A stretch of 63,808 bases of DNA, the filler included, from Octopus bimaculoides (taxonomy: Eukaryota), in NCBI RefSeq assembly GCF_001194135.2. It is 4 parts of 3 records of this genome, joined end to end, with 100 filler letters (N's around TTAATTAATTAA, not from the genome) between each part and the next. Parts side by side here need not be neighbours in the genome. Positions count along the whole stretch, not along the records: positions 1 to 20,617 come from NC_069003.1; 3 more parts are not named here. One strand, given 5' to 3'. A program made the translations under genes and the position numbers. Shown one piece after another: positions 1 through 13,512 of this stretch (position 1 is the stretch's first letter; the number at the start of each line of letters is the position of its first letter). Below the pieces are notes generated by a model. The model searched no databases. It was given only the letters and a program-made list of their open reading frames with translations, and was not told the DNA's origin.

Positions 1-12
1 ATTTGAAACCAC

Positions 13-13
<1 letters not shown>

Positions 14-48
<35 letters not shown>

Positions 49-375
49 TGTTCAGTAGTTTTATTTTTATAACGTGCTTTCACTTCACTACCGAGCGCAG
101 CTCTGTGCGCCTTGGGTATGTGCTGTGGTTTGCTGTGGTGCTCTTATGTTTACTGTATTGAAAGTGTTTTGCGTAGAATGTGTGCAGTACCCAGTAGTGC
201 AATTTTCTGTATGTTATATATATTTGTAAGTCCTGGTGTTTTTGTTATGTATTTGTCTGAATATTTTTTTATTATACCTAAGGCACCTACTATGATAGGA
301 ATTGTTTCTGTTTTTAGATTCCATATTCGAGTTATCTCTATTTCCAGGTCTTTGTATTTTGAAAGTTTTTCCATT
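14..375 (-). mobile_element. 5'-truncated 3' end of a non-LTR retrotransposon with restriction-like endonuclease (Dong/R4-like)
   Basis: The minus frame reads EKLSKYKDLEIEITRIWNLKTETIPIIVGALG...QKIALLGTAHILRKTLSIQ*, the typical C-terminus of R4/Dong-clade ORFs. It is followed by a short 3' UTR and a (TAA)n tail, and there is also (TAA)n on the other side. Confidence 0.75.
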
Positions 376-443
376 ATTATTTTTATTATTATTATTATTA
401 TTATCATGACTACTACCATCAAGGTGAAAGCAGTAAGCTATTA

Positions 444-640
444 GAATTGTTGGTGCGTTGGACAAAATGCTTAGCAGCTCTTCTCTGAATCTTTACACTC
501 TGAGTTCAAATCCTGCTGAGGTCAACTTTGCCTCTCGTCCTTCTGAGTTTGATAAAACAAAGTACCAGTCAAGTACTGGGGTTCAGTAATTGACTTGTCC
601 CTAACCCCTAAAACTGCTGGCCTTGTGCCAAAAGCTGAAA
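444..640 (+). mobile_element. tRNA-derived SINE (family B), decayed copy
   Basis: Shares the B-box-like GAGTTCAAATCC and the core CTTTGCC..TCGTCCTT..G..GATAAA..AAGTACCAG with the copies at 27703, 33568, 44545, 50438 and 60480. Confidence 0.75.
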
Positions 641-686
641 TAATTATTAAGGTAGATAGCTGGAATGTACTCTAAAGAATACTCAC

Positions 687-854
687 CATTCTGAACAACT
701 TGAACCCATGATGAGATCGGAGATTGTTTATCGATGCTGTACAAAATTGTGTACGTCTGCACAACACCGTTGGACTTAACGGGCGGTGCCCACTCCACCT
801 TCACTTTACCTGCCCCCACCGGCAGCCAGTTGACTTTGGTTGGCATTGAAGGAA
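687..854 (-). CDS. PRTG: Protogenin/neogenin-family receptor, FN3-domain exon (third visible exon)
   Basis: 168 nt, phase 1-1, acceptor tttcag| and donor G|gtgagt. Encodes VPSMPTKVNWLPVGAGKVKVEWAPPVKSNGVVQTYTILYSIDKQSPISSWVQVVQNG, with the FN3 W..P..NG....Y.I.Y motif. Joins in frame to exon 13513-13640. The symbol rests on recalled family similarity, not on a search. Confidence 0.88.
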
Positions 855-1231
855 CTGAAATGGTAAGATTTTGAGATTCCAGAATGAATAGGTGAAAATC
901 AAATAAATACAAACACATTGCAGATCAAATGGTAAGAACAAAACAATTTAAAGAAACTCAAGTGTATTTTGGGATTGGTTAATGGAGAAGCAGGTGAAAA
1001 ATTTAGAAAAAAAAAATTGAGATAAATGAGAAAAAAAATATAAATGTATAACAGTGGAATATGGAGGTGGGGGGATAAGAGGATCAAATCTTTTAGAGGA
1101 ATTTGCTGAAAGTTAAGAAAAATGATTTTTTGTTAGTAGTAATAAGTAACAGAGAGAATCCAGCTGGAATACAAATCTGAAAGTCTGTTATTGAGGATGA
1201 CAAAGAAGATTATGGCAGAAGAGGTGGCGGC

Positions 1232-1301
<70 letters not shown>

Positions 1302-3599
1302 NNNNNNNNNNNNNNNNNNNNNNNNNNNNNNNNNNNNNNNNNNNNNNNNNNNNNNNNNNNNNNNNNNNNNNNNNNNNNNNNNNNNNNNNNNNNNNNNNNN
1401 NNNNNNNNNNNNNNNNNNNNNNNNNNNNNNNNNNNNNNNNNNNNNNNNNNNNNNNNNNNNNNNNNNNNNNNNNNNNNNNNNNNNNNNNNNNNNNNNNNNN
1501 NNNNNNNNNNNNNNNNNNNNNNNNNNNNNNNNNNNNNNNNNNNNNNNNNNNNNNNNNNNNNNNNNNNNNNNNNNNNNNNNNNNNNNNNNNNNNNNNNNNN
1601 NNNNNNNNNNNNNNNNNNNNNNNNNNNNNNNNNNNNNNNNNNNNNNNNNNNNNNNNNNNNNNNNNNNNNNNNNNNNNNNNNNNNNNNNNNNNNNNNNNNN
1701 NNNNNNNNNNNNNNNNNNNNNNNNNNNNNNNNNNNNNNNNNNNNNNNNNNNNNNNNNNNNNNNNNNNNNNNNNNNNNNNNNNNNNNNNNNNNNNNNNNNN
1801 NNNNNNNNNNNNNNNNNNNNNNNNNNNNNNNNNNNNNNNNNNNNNNNNNNNNNNNNNNNNNNNNNNNNNNNNNNNNNNNNNNNNNNNNNNNNNNNNNNNN
1901 NNNNNNNNNNNNNNNNNNNNNNNNNNNNNNNNNNNNNNNNNNNNNNNNNNNNNNNNNNNNNNNNNNNNNNNNNNNNNNNNNNNNNNNNNNNNNNNNNNNN
2001 NNNNNNNNNNNNNNNNNNNNNNNNNNNNNNNNNNNNNNNNNNNNNNNNNNNNNNNNNNNNNNNNNNNNNNNNNNNNNNNNNNNNNNNNNNNNNNNNNNNN
2101 NNNNNNNNNNNNNNNNNNNNNNNNNNNNNNNNNNNNNNNNNNNNNNNNNNNNNNNNNNNNNNNNNNNNNNNNNNNNNNNNNNNNNNNNNNNNNNNNNNNN
2201 NNNNNNNNNNNNNNNNNNNNNNNNNNNNNNNNNNNNNNNNNNNNNNNNNNNNNNNNNNNNNNNNNNNNNNNNNNNNNNNNNNNNNNNNNNNTTGTAAAAA
2301 TCCGAGTTAAGAAATTTATAAAGAATGTGGTGAGAGGTGGGGGAGGGAGAGGACAGGGAGCTATAAATAGAAATAAAAACCCAGAAAAACAAAAACACAC
2401 AAAATAAAACTTTCCAGAAACCAAAATAAAAATAGAAGTTTTAAAAATGAATAATTTGGTTTAAAAGAGAACGTGTGTGTGTGTGTGTATAAATATCTAT
2501 GTATGCATGTAGTAGCTGACTAGACTGTAGCTATGTGTGTGTGGGCATAGATATACCCCTGCATATATATATATATATATATATACACGCACTGTGAAGA
2601 TGCATGGCTCAATGGTTAGGGTGTTGCGTTGTGTTCTTGAGCAAAGCGATTCATTTCACGTTGCTCTGTGATCATTTCATCACCTGGCATGTGGCACATG
2701 GTGCACCTGTACAGGTAATGAAAATTTGATGACAGGAGTGAGCTTATGTGAACACAAACAAATCATGTGAGGTCGTTCAGCAAGAAATTACCAAACCTTC
2801 ATATGTCATCTAACGATGGAAGAGTCCATGATATGCAAGGGTATATCTGTATAGAAGCATGTATGTATGTAATAATTAGCTTGCACTGGTCTGTAGTTGT
2901 ATGTGTGTGTGTGCGTGCGTGCATGAATACTTTCTGTTCCATGCAGGTAAAGTCAGGCGACTAGGCTGTAATCCTCAGCTCTCAGTAACAAAGTGTAGTA
3001 GCTGTCACCCCTTGTCTAAACTAAAAGACAAGATTAGCTCGCTGGGCTCATAGAAATCTTACATTTTATACATTTTCTTAACAATGAGCCAGACTATCTG
3101 TTTTGAGGCCTCTGAAAAATTAGGGTTTAGATAACTGATTGTGCTAGTAACTACATAATAAATATGAGTCTTTCCTGCTCGTTTTTATTGCCTTCTCTCA
3201 TAGTCCATTATCATCTTTGTCTACAAACACTCATCCTCTCCCCCACTTCATTGCTGTCTACCAACAATAAGAATAACAATCGGAGTTAGGACAAGTTATT
3301 TCCCTTTGAAAGTGTAACATCTAAACACATAGTGACTATGATGTTTCAAATTAAGGCATATGGGAGAGAGGGACTAATTGATTAAATTGACCCCAGCAAT
3401 TGACAGGTACTTTAAAGCAGATTAATAATTTACAATTGACAATCGAATAATCCTTTATGGTTTCAACAAAATACCTGTTGGCCCTAGAACAGAGAATGTT
3501 ACTTAACCTTGTCAGTGGACCCAACCAAATATTGGTCCTACTGCCTAAATCTAGTTGGCCCAAATTCCATGTCAGGTGACCCTGTTGTTAAAGCAGTGA

Positions 3600-3880
3600 T
3601 TGTCCCTACTTCTAAAATTATCACCTGTATTTCCAAAAACACTAACTGACCCCACTTCTAAAAATAAGATCCCTATTTTCAAAACACTAGCTGATGCTAT
3701 TTTGAAAAATATCAGTTATCCCCATTTCCAAAATGCTTGACCCAATTTCTGAAAAAGTCATTTATCCCTATTCCCAAATCACTAGCCAACCATTTTCTCT
3801 GTTTCTAAAATGCTGTTTGACTCAACTGCTAAAATACTGGCCCAATTTCTACATAAGAGAAAAGTGCTAGTTGATCCAGG
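3600..3880. repeat. Degenerate minisatellite, unit about 22-26 bp (approx. CCCTATTTCYAAAAYACTAGCTGA)
   Basis: Recurrent ccc(t)a(c/t)ttc(t/c)aaaa and actagctga/gttgatcc motifs at regular spacing. Confidence 0.55.
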
Positions 3881-5042
3881 CTGCTGCTATAAATTTATCC
3901 AAGGGGCCAGGGAAAAAGAAAAAAAAAGAGAGAGAATATCAAGCCATGCCACTGCCCTCTTTACATGTTTATCAAGCCCTAGTGTCAATACACTTTTTGG
4001 GGAAATTTGGGATAAGCTTCCTGATTTTTCGACAGTATTTCTTCAACAACATGCAGTAGTGACCACATTGGCTTCCATCAACAACAACATCATCATCATC
4101 ATCATCATCATCATTACCATCATCATCATCATCTTTATTCCGAGCTGCAATAGAAATAGAAGGATGATTTATAAATATGGAATAAGTGGGAATAAGCGGA
4201 GTAAGGATAATGAATGCTGAGTGGGGACAGGGAATGGCAAGGGTGGATAGTGAATAATCAATGACCCTTATTGAAAGGATTGTTAAGAGTTTAGAAACAC
4301 TAAACTATGGGCCCTTCCAAGCCAAGTCCATTTTCCATGCTGACATGGGTTGGACAATTTGACAAGATCTGACAGACAAGCCACAGGAGTTCATTGAGCT
4401 CCCAGTGTTAGCTTTGACATGGTTTCTATGGCTGGGTGCTCTTCTTAATACCAACCATTTTACAGTGTGTACAGAATACTCTTTTTATGTTGAGATACAC
4501 AGCCTTTGTTTCAAATAGTTTTGAAAATAAAGAATTTATTAAAATAACTGCTGGCCTTTAGAATATATATTAACATGAAATTATGATGGAAGGTTTTATT
4601 TAGATTACTGGTGGGTTGGCATCAAAATGATTAAGGGAATTATAGTTTAGAGTGGGGCATTGCTCGTGTTGGGTTGGGCAGGAGTAACATTTTCTTGTTA
4701 TGTGCCATAATTGTGCTTTTTTTGTGTTGATTAAAAAAATAAAATTATCATGGTGTTTTTGAGGTGCTTGCCATGAAGTCAGAGCAGGTTTGGTGGTGGT
4801 GATGGTGGTGGTGGGGAAAGGAGACTCAAGGTTGTAAGTCGATGAATGATGATGATGATGATGATGATGATGGATGGGGAAAATAGGGAGAAAAGCAGAG
4901 TGGCATCATCTGTGTAAGAGTGGGTGTTCTTGAATATTAAATGACTGTAAAGTTTATTTACTGACTCGTAAGGTTATTTAAGATGAAGATAATGAATGGG
5001 TAATGAAGGTATTTAATGGTCAAGAAAGACGACAAAAGGTCA

Positions 5043-5082
<40 letters not shown>

Positions 5083-6834
5083 TAGATGTGGTGGTGAAGA
5101 GAAAACTGGGTGATGACACAGTAGGTACTGGCCTGAATGCTGGGTGGAGGGTAGGTTATTAGTGATTTCAATATACAAAGGGTAAACAAGAAAAAATAAG
5201 GTCCATGGGAATATCAGTATTAACAACAGTAGGATCAGGTTTAGGGTTGAATAAAGCCCATAATGAACAGTGTTAATCTTAGAGGTGTTGGGTGTTGACG
5301 GGTAGTGTTTAATCAACAATGGGAAAAACAAACTTGTAATACAAGAAATGGACAGTTGTAGACTTGAAATACAAAAACTGACAGTCACAGACGTGCAATG
5401 CAATAAGTAAACCTTCGTAGATTTGCAGCACAAGAAACAGTCGTGGACTTGTAGCACACAAAAAGAAATTCAGTCACAAATATGTAACACAAGTGACAGA
5501 CAGTTACAGATTTAATAAAAGCAGCAAACTTCTTAAATCTTCAGCATTTAAATTGGTTGTATCCAGCCCAAATATTCTCCCCATTTTATGTTCTAACTGG
5601 CCATATTTTGCCTCTCACGCTTATCCAACAATACCATTCCAAAAATAAACAGTCACATCATTATTTATCTCAAAGCTATGGGATAATGCATAATTAATTC
5701 AAAAGACAAGCATTATATTTGACAGAATTATCCAACTGCTAATGGGCTGATGAATGTTGAACCATCAGGATATACCAATTGGCTGCACATGCATAACTTC
5801 AGCAATAGGTACAGAAGGAGGTGCCAGAAGTGAGGTACAGTCTATGTACTTGTAAGTAGGTACCATTTAGCTACAGACAGTAGCAGTACAGTGTAATTGG
5901 TGAGTGTTTAACAAAACAATGGATAGTTATCACCAAGTCCAAACCCTTCTTGAAGGAAGAAGGCTAGTCACTGCAGAATGGTATCCTATTCAAAGTGAAA
6001 ATGTAAACAACTGCTTCTCAATAAACAAAACAAACACACAAATAAACCAAGAAAAAAAACCCACAAAAGCAAAACAAAACAAAATAAAAACATTGTGTTA
6101 TTATCAGCTGATCACACCAATGTTTGATACGATGGTGAAATAGCCTACCCAAATAGTCTTTGAAAAACCTGCCACACAGATGACATAGCATCTCATTTTG
6201 GATTGTCGGGCCACGGAAGCTATTCAGACAGACAGCTGGAAGAAGAGCAGAAAACAGGAAAGCCCGATTAAGAGAGAGAGAGACGGAAGGAGATAAGGGG
6301 AGAGGAAGAGAGAATGTGAGGGAGACAGTGAGAGGAAGAATCAATGCTGAAATGGTAAAAAAAAAACTGGCAGAATATGTAGTAGTTTCTACTAAGGAAT
6401 GGAAACACAGCTCTATAGAATGCAGAGTTAGGGAGACAGGCAAACGGGGTAGGGGGAGAGAGAGAGAGAGAGAGAGAGAAGAGAGAAAAGCAGAGAGGTA
6501 AGTAGATAGATAGGTCATTAGATTGGTAGGTGGGTAGGTAGGTTGGTAGGTGGGTAGGTAGGTAGAGACAGACAGGGAAACAGAGAGAGAGAGAGGTATG
6601 AATTCATTGACAGAAGGACAGACCAAGACAAAAATGAATGACTACTACCAAGAAATAAACCAGTTTCTATATTTAACAAAAAGATTAGAATTTAATACAA
6701 TCCAATGGAAATAAATCTTCAAAAAGCTATANNNNNNNNNNNNNNNNNNNNNNNNNNNNNNNNNNNNNNNNNNNNNNNNNNNNNNNNNNNNNNNNNNNNN
6801 NNNNNNNNNNNNNNNNNNNNNNNNNNNNNNNNNN

Positions 6835-6870
<36 letters not shown>

Positions 6871-7826
6871 GCATAATAAAGAATAAAACACTAAGAAAAT
6901 ATAAAAATATTAACAAAAACTAATTATACATTTCTCTTCAATTAATTGTCAAAATCCTCAAATCTAACAGAACTGTTAAATTCGGTAAGATGAATTACCT
7001 TGGGATAAAAAAAACTTCTTAATTAGGAATTATTTTCCCCATTATTTTCCAGAAGCTAGAAGGCCAATGAGACATATAAACAATGAAAATCATGTTGGCA
7101 CAACAAAATCCACGAGTGCCTGCCTGTGTGTGGCCAAAGGAGTTCATTGGTGATCAGAGAAAGCACGAGAAGAAGCCAAAAGGGTTAACCAAAAACAAAA
7201 ATAAAGAAAGCCAGGAAGTCTTACTGGACAAACAGATGTTAGTTCCATTCAACACCAACATTAATGGATGTAAAACAGAGAAAGGGATAAAACAGAAATC
7301 AAAGCCATGCTGTTCCCAGAGTCAGATATCAATACAAATAAATGCAGTTAATGAGATATTTGGGGGCAAAGAAGATTTAACAAGAACTTTGTTAAGGTGA
7401 TATTTCAGGGTTAATAATTTTATAAGACTGGTCATGAAGTTAATAGCAATAGTGGTGGTGTGGGTTTAGGAGAGAGAGAAAAAAAAACACAAAAAAAAAA
7501 CAAAAGCATAAGTTCTTGGCACCACTGTTGGCTTTAAACAACTCAATAGCCATTCCAGAGAGTGATTTATTAAGATTATAATGACAGACTAGACAAGTGA
7601 GATGGGAGAGGAGGATATGTATTGGTTAATTTGAGAATATGTTTCCTCATGTGATAAATGCATCATCGTTTAATGGCCATTTCCATGCTGGCATAGGTTG
7701 GACAGTTTGACAGGATCCATTGAGTTACAGGGCTGCAATGAGCTCCAATATCAGCTTTGGCATAGTGTCTACAGCAAGATGCCCTCCATAATGCCAACCA
7801 CTTTACAGTACATATTTGGTGATTTG

Positions 7827-7866
<40 letters not shown>

Positions 7867-8058
7867 CACTGGTACTATTGAAGTTGCCAAGTAGTTTGCA
7901 AAATAAGAAGAGAACAACGGGAAAAGGTGGTGGGGTGGGGGGAGAGCACAATTAAGTTGGCAGAGTATTTGAGAGGTGGAAGTGATGGGATGAAATAGCT
8001 AAGAGATTTTGTCACATTACAGAAGAATATAATTTCCACTAATTTCTTAAAAACGAGA

Positions 8059-8305
8059 CATCGTCATCATTTAACGTCTGCTTTCCATGCTAGCATAGGT
8101 TGGACGATTTGACTGGGGACTGGCAAACCAGGCTCCAATCTGATCTGGCAGAGTTTCTACAGCTGGATGCCCTTCCTAATGCCAACCACTCCGAGAGTGT
8201 AGTGGGTGCTTTTCACGTGCCACTGGCACAAGGGCCAGTCCGACAGTGCTGGCAACAGCCACGCTCAAATGGTGCTTTTTACGTGCCACCTGCACAAGAG
8301 TCAAT
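8059..8305 (-). mobile_element. SINE 3' part with an RTE-like tail (family C)
   Basis: Begins catcgtcatcatttaacgtctgctttccatgctagcataggttggacg and continues ...ggatgcccttcctaatgccaacc. Older copies of the same sequence lie at about 4325-4480, 7660-7810 and 10920-11100. Confidence 0.7.
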
Positions 8306-9033
8306 CCAGACAATTTTATTAAAATAACATGACAAACTTTCAACACTATCAGACAATTTGTTCACAAATTGTACGAACTGGGAGATAAGCACTCGATAAA
8401 TTTAATAGAGGCGGGTGACAGGAGGTTGGTTGTTATAGCGATGGTAACAGTGCTTTTTGGTAGTGAGTGTGCTAAAAATAAATCGAACAGAGGGGCAGGG
8501 AGAAGGGAATGAGAGGAGAAGGTGGAGGTGTTGGTGATGGTGGTGATGACTGGAGAAAGTGAAACAAGTGAGAAATTTCCAGTTATACATACCTGAAGAA
8601 TTGGTGAACTTCCTTATTCCTGTGTAGAGTCATTTATCTCTCCGCAAACCTTCAACTGGTGAGTTGGTCTGTCACTCCAGTTTGGTGTTAGAGGTGGGTT
8701 TACGTAGAGCTTTTTATATATATATATATCATATTTATAGTAGGGTTTTGTTGTGATTTATTGTTGAAGGAAGAGAGAGGATTTACAAACAACAAAGGGA
8801 AATGACAGCAGGAAAAGGAAAAGGGTATAAAAGAAGGAGAGAGGGGAGTCATCAAGAACTGAATGAGCCGATGATGACAGGATATTCAACCTGTTTTGGT
8901 GATGGTAAGTTTCACACTGGAGGCAGGTACAGAGAGAGACAGAGAGATTACATTTACAAACATAATCAGATGCTCTCACGCACGTGGCGAGAGAGAGGGG
9001 GGGAGAACACAGATAATCAGGAGAGAGAGAGAT

Positions 9034-9065
<32 letters not shown>

Positions 9066-10665
9066 CGAGGATAAAACTGAGAAAGAAGTGTTATTCAACA
9101 TCAAGACTTGTGTAATAAAGATCACTTGCTAGGATAAATAATTGCGTATAGTGATGTATATAGTATAATATTTTATAAACATTGAGAGCAAGGATCAACT
9201 GATTCATAGTCGGCACTCCACACACCTAATTCTAGCTCCATAACTGCAAATTCACAAACCTCCCAACATTGGTGTCATAGCTAGTAGTTCATACATTAAA
9301 TTTTAGTTCTATAACTGCCAGCCTACACCCTCTGCGGCAAGAAGCTTGTTTCCCAACCACATAGCTTTAGTCTCACTCCAACTGCATAGTACTTTGGGCA
9401 AGTCTTCTACTGTAATCCCCGAACCAACCGAAGCTTTGTAAGTGGATTTGGTAGACAGAAACTAAAGTTTGTCATGTGTGTGTGCAAACATCACTGTCTC
9501 CTTGTCTTGACATTACATGATAAATTAATACAACTAACTACTTAGTTATGAAGAAGGCTGAAGAAAAATATATGTAACCTCCATTGTATAAATACATACA
9601 TGGAAAATTTAAACCATTTCTCTATAGACTGAAAAAAGGATGAACAACCTTAATCAAATTTTCGAACCTTATTGACTTCTCATCAGAGATGCCTACATTA
9701 TTTTGATCCATTCCAGATAAGCTACCTTTTCTGACGAGTTGCAGTGCATGTGAGCATTCTACAATAACTTCATTACTATTACTACATAGTTTTAGTTTTG
9801 CCCCGTGTATAAGTTGTAACCCAGTTTATTCAGCTAAAATGAAATATAAAATCAGGTGACTTATACATGAGCAAAATATAATGTGTCTGGCCTGTATTAC
9901 TTTACCTTTTCCAGACTGAATTGACAACCCTGCTTTGAGTAAAACTGTAATTTTGTTAATATTTATCTTTGGATTAAATCAAGGAGCAAGCAGAATGGGA
10001 AAGGCATGCAAAAAAAAATTACAAGGGGAATTAGTCCGAGTAAAAAACAATCTCACTTGATGAAGAACAGAAGCACAAAGATGATTATGTAATTTGTCAC
10101 TGGCGGTAGATTTGGTGGTTGGAAACCAAATATCAATTAAAATGAAGAATAAAAAAAAAAAGAAAAATGAAAAGAAAAAATTTATTTAACAAAACTGAAG
10201 TTCTTTTGTTAGTAATCTGAAGCCATCAGTTTTGACAGGCAGAGAGGGTCACCAAAGCTAAAATATAAAATACCAAAGTAATGTGCTGGAGGAAAGGAGA
10301 GACAAAACACCTCATTTGTTATGACCATATGTGGACATAACAGAAATAGGAGTTGATAACTCTATGTAAAGTTGAAATCAGAAAAGTCTTAACCAGTCAT
10401 TTTGTACATCCTAATTTGAAACTTTTGCAACTCATAGAATTATGGAAAGAAAAAAGAAAAATATATCAACAAAAAATAGAAAATCTTGCTTTGATGTTTT
10501 CTGAGAGCTAAAGAAAAGTAAGTTGTGTTTGTTTAGTTATAAAAAATACAGGTGGTCAAAATGGAGTGAAACTAGTAGTCCTGGTGTAGCCATGCAAGAG
10601 ACATAAAACAGTTTATAAATCATTTCTGGAACAGCTGAAAAGAAAAAGCTAGATTATGGACTCAC

Positions 10666-10886
10666 AATAACAATCCTTTCTGCAATAGGCACAAAGCCAG
10701 AAATTTGTGGGGAGGGGAATAGTCGATTACATCGACCCCAGTGCATAACTGGTACTTATTTCATCAACCCCAAAAGGACGAAAGGCAAAGTCGACCTCGG
10801 CAGAATTTGAACTCAGAACATGAAGAGGGATGAAAAACTGCTAAGCATTTCACCAGCGTGCTAACAAGTCTGCCAGCTCACTGCCT
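10666..10886 (-). mobile_element. tRNA-derived SINE (family B)
   Basis: Reverse complement of the family-B consensus seen at 27703-27910 and 50438-50650. Confidence 0.8.
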
Positions 10887-12194
10887 TTGAGTCACAATAA
10901 TAATAATAGTCATTACCATTGTTTTAATGTCCACTTTTTCATGCTTAGATGAACCATACATGTATCATGGTTTTTATACCTCCTCCCCCCATGCTGGTAT
11001 GGGTTGGACAAAACTAATTGAGGCAGAATTCTATGATTGGATGTCCTTCCTGTCACCAACCATTCTTATGATTTCAACTGAGATACTTTTTATTTCACTG
11101 GTCTGCACACAAAACTGCTGAACTACACAACAAATTGTTTATGGCAGATATAAAGCAAATGCATCATTGCTGAAATGGCACCAATGTGAAAATACATAGA
11201 AGCAAACAGGCACACACAACATGTGGGGTGACGACTTGCACCTACAAGAATTCCTTGTTCATGGGGTTGGTACCAGTCCTTGACCTCCTATCATGAGGGG
11301 TGGTTCAGAGGTTTCTCTAACCCACTTGAACCAGGAAAGCACTTCCTGACACCTTAAATGTGATGCACATCTGCCTTGGGTGACCTAGAGGCACCATAAG
11401 ATCTGTTATTGCTCTGTTTCGTGTGGTTTTCTCTGCCAACTGTCCTCATTGGAGGCACTGAAGTTGCTCACTGACTGACCCAGATATGGTGGCATGCCAA
11501 TGCCAGCTCCTGCAGGCTAACAATGGGCACCAGACATGAAGGAAAATAGTAGGCAGCAGCAACGACATGCCCAGCCTGTGTGCAAAGCTGCGAATAAAGC
11601 ACTAACCAAGCAATGCTAGTAAGGCTTCCAAACAGTTTTTATTCACCAAGTTGCAATCATGAGGCATTGGTCAGTCAAAGGCTATAAAAGACATCCTGCA
11701 TGTCCACATCCAGAGGCCAACAAAGGGAGCATCCAAGTGGTCATCTATATGCACACACATCTGAGGGCAAAGCAACTTCCCTGATGCCACAATAATATAT
11801 ACCCAGTTCCCTCTATATAAAGTGACAGTCCCTGAAGAAATCATTCTAAAACAAGGTAAGGTATGAACAATATGTGGTCTTCAACTCATCCAGATGAGAA
11901 GTAAATTGACCGAGAGATAACTTGGTCAGTAATGACTCATCTGATCCATGCCAATATAGAAAAATAAGTAATAAAATAAGATTTATAAACAATTAACTAA
12001 AATAGTGGTGTAATATAAAAGCAAGAAATTGCAGCAAATAATAACAGAACAAATACAAAAGAAAAATGTAAAAATTAGATGAAAAAAAATATAAAAAACA
12101 AATACAGAAAGAATTGTTGTTTGTATGTTAAGTGGTTGAAAACAAGAGCAGGTCAAAAATAATGGTTCAAATGTTCAATTAATTTTTGCAATAG

Positions 12195-12530
12195 ACTTTC
12201 CATAGATCACCTCTGGTCACCTATAGCTCTCCCTTGTTACCAACTCAAAATACATCATTGATGGTCTTGGGTGAGTTGGTGACATGCTAGAATTATAGCT
12301 CATTGCCAACTCACCCCTGACCCCCACCCCACTAGTCTATGTTAGCAATTTACATAGACCATCACTAGCCTATGTTGGCAACATATTAGAAACCCACCTC
12401 AGACCACCTCTAGTCTGTTACCAACATGCCTTTGACCATCTCAAGTCTATGTTACCAACTCACAATAGACCACCTATGCAACCAACCCACCTATAGTCTA
12501 TATAATAAATCCACTTCAGACACCTTAGCT
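12195..12530. repeat. Degenerate minisatellite, unit about 30 bp (approx. AGACCACCTCTAGTCTATGTTACCAACTCACAAT)
   Basis: About 7-8 diverged repeats of gaccacct / tagtctatgtta / ccaactcac, with one inverted unit near 12269. Confidence 0.55.
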
Positions 12531-13512
12531 GTCAGTCTCTCCAAAAATAAGCTAGTTGTACACCATGTCTGATTGATAAACACTCACCAACACATTACAA
12601 TCTCTTGACACCTCTCTGTCCTGCTTCTACAACAGTCAATGCTCCTTTGAACTAGCTAATTGTAAATCATCTACTCCACTGCCAACGTTTTCCCTGCACA
12701 CAACAGCTAAAACCGTTTAAACTGACTGTCTGCAGTATCCGTTTTCTTATTTGCGAGAGTGGCCAACGAAAACCAAATTTAACCGTTTAGCATTTAATCT
12801 GACCGTATCCAGCTCAGATAGTCTACCTATTCTATGTTCAAAACCATCAGATCTGCCTTCTCACACCTACCCTACAATGTCGACCTAAAAATAAGGCAAT
12901 CAGATCAATGAAATCTCAAAGCTGTAAGATAGCACATGATTATTTTGAAACAATGTAAATAAATAAGCATTGCATTTGATGGAGTAATCTGAATGCTAAT
13001 GGGTTAAAGAGAGTCAATAGGAGTCAGGTAGGATGGGGTTACAACGGATCAAACACCTGACACCCCCTCCTGATACCACATAATTCTACCATCCAACACT
13101 CTTTCAAAGAACAATAAGCACAGCCAATCGGAGAGCCTCAGTATGGTTGTTCGACCTGCTAGAAATAACAGGCAAATTTCCCTACGAATCACACCCCATT
13201 ATCTAAAAACCTAAAATGGTACTTAGGTAATGTAGTCCTAGATACATTAAGTACAAATATAAAAAAAATATATAGGTTGGTCATGGCTGGAACAGTTTTG
13301 ATCATAGACCTACTATACTGGAGATGAGCCCAGGATTAAGCAATTGCAACCATAACCAATATTACTAACTATTAGACATCAGATAATGTAGTTCTGTATG
13401 GCTGAATAAATAAAAGGCAGGATGGTCATGGCTGGAACACAGTTTTGATCATGTTTCTGTTAGATCAAGTCCTGACCTGCAAGTAAACAAAAACAACAAC
13501 AAAGCTACTCAC

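Noticed and set aside
7083-7400. 105-aa Lys-rich ORF
   Set aside because: It reflects A-rich strand bias in the intron and has no domain or splice support.
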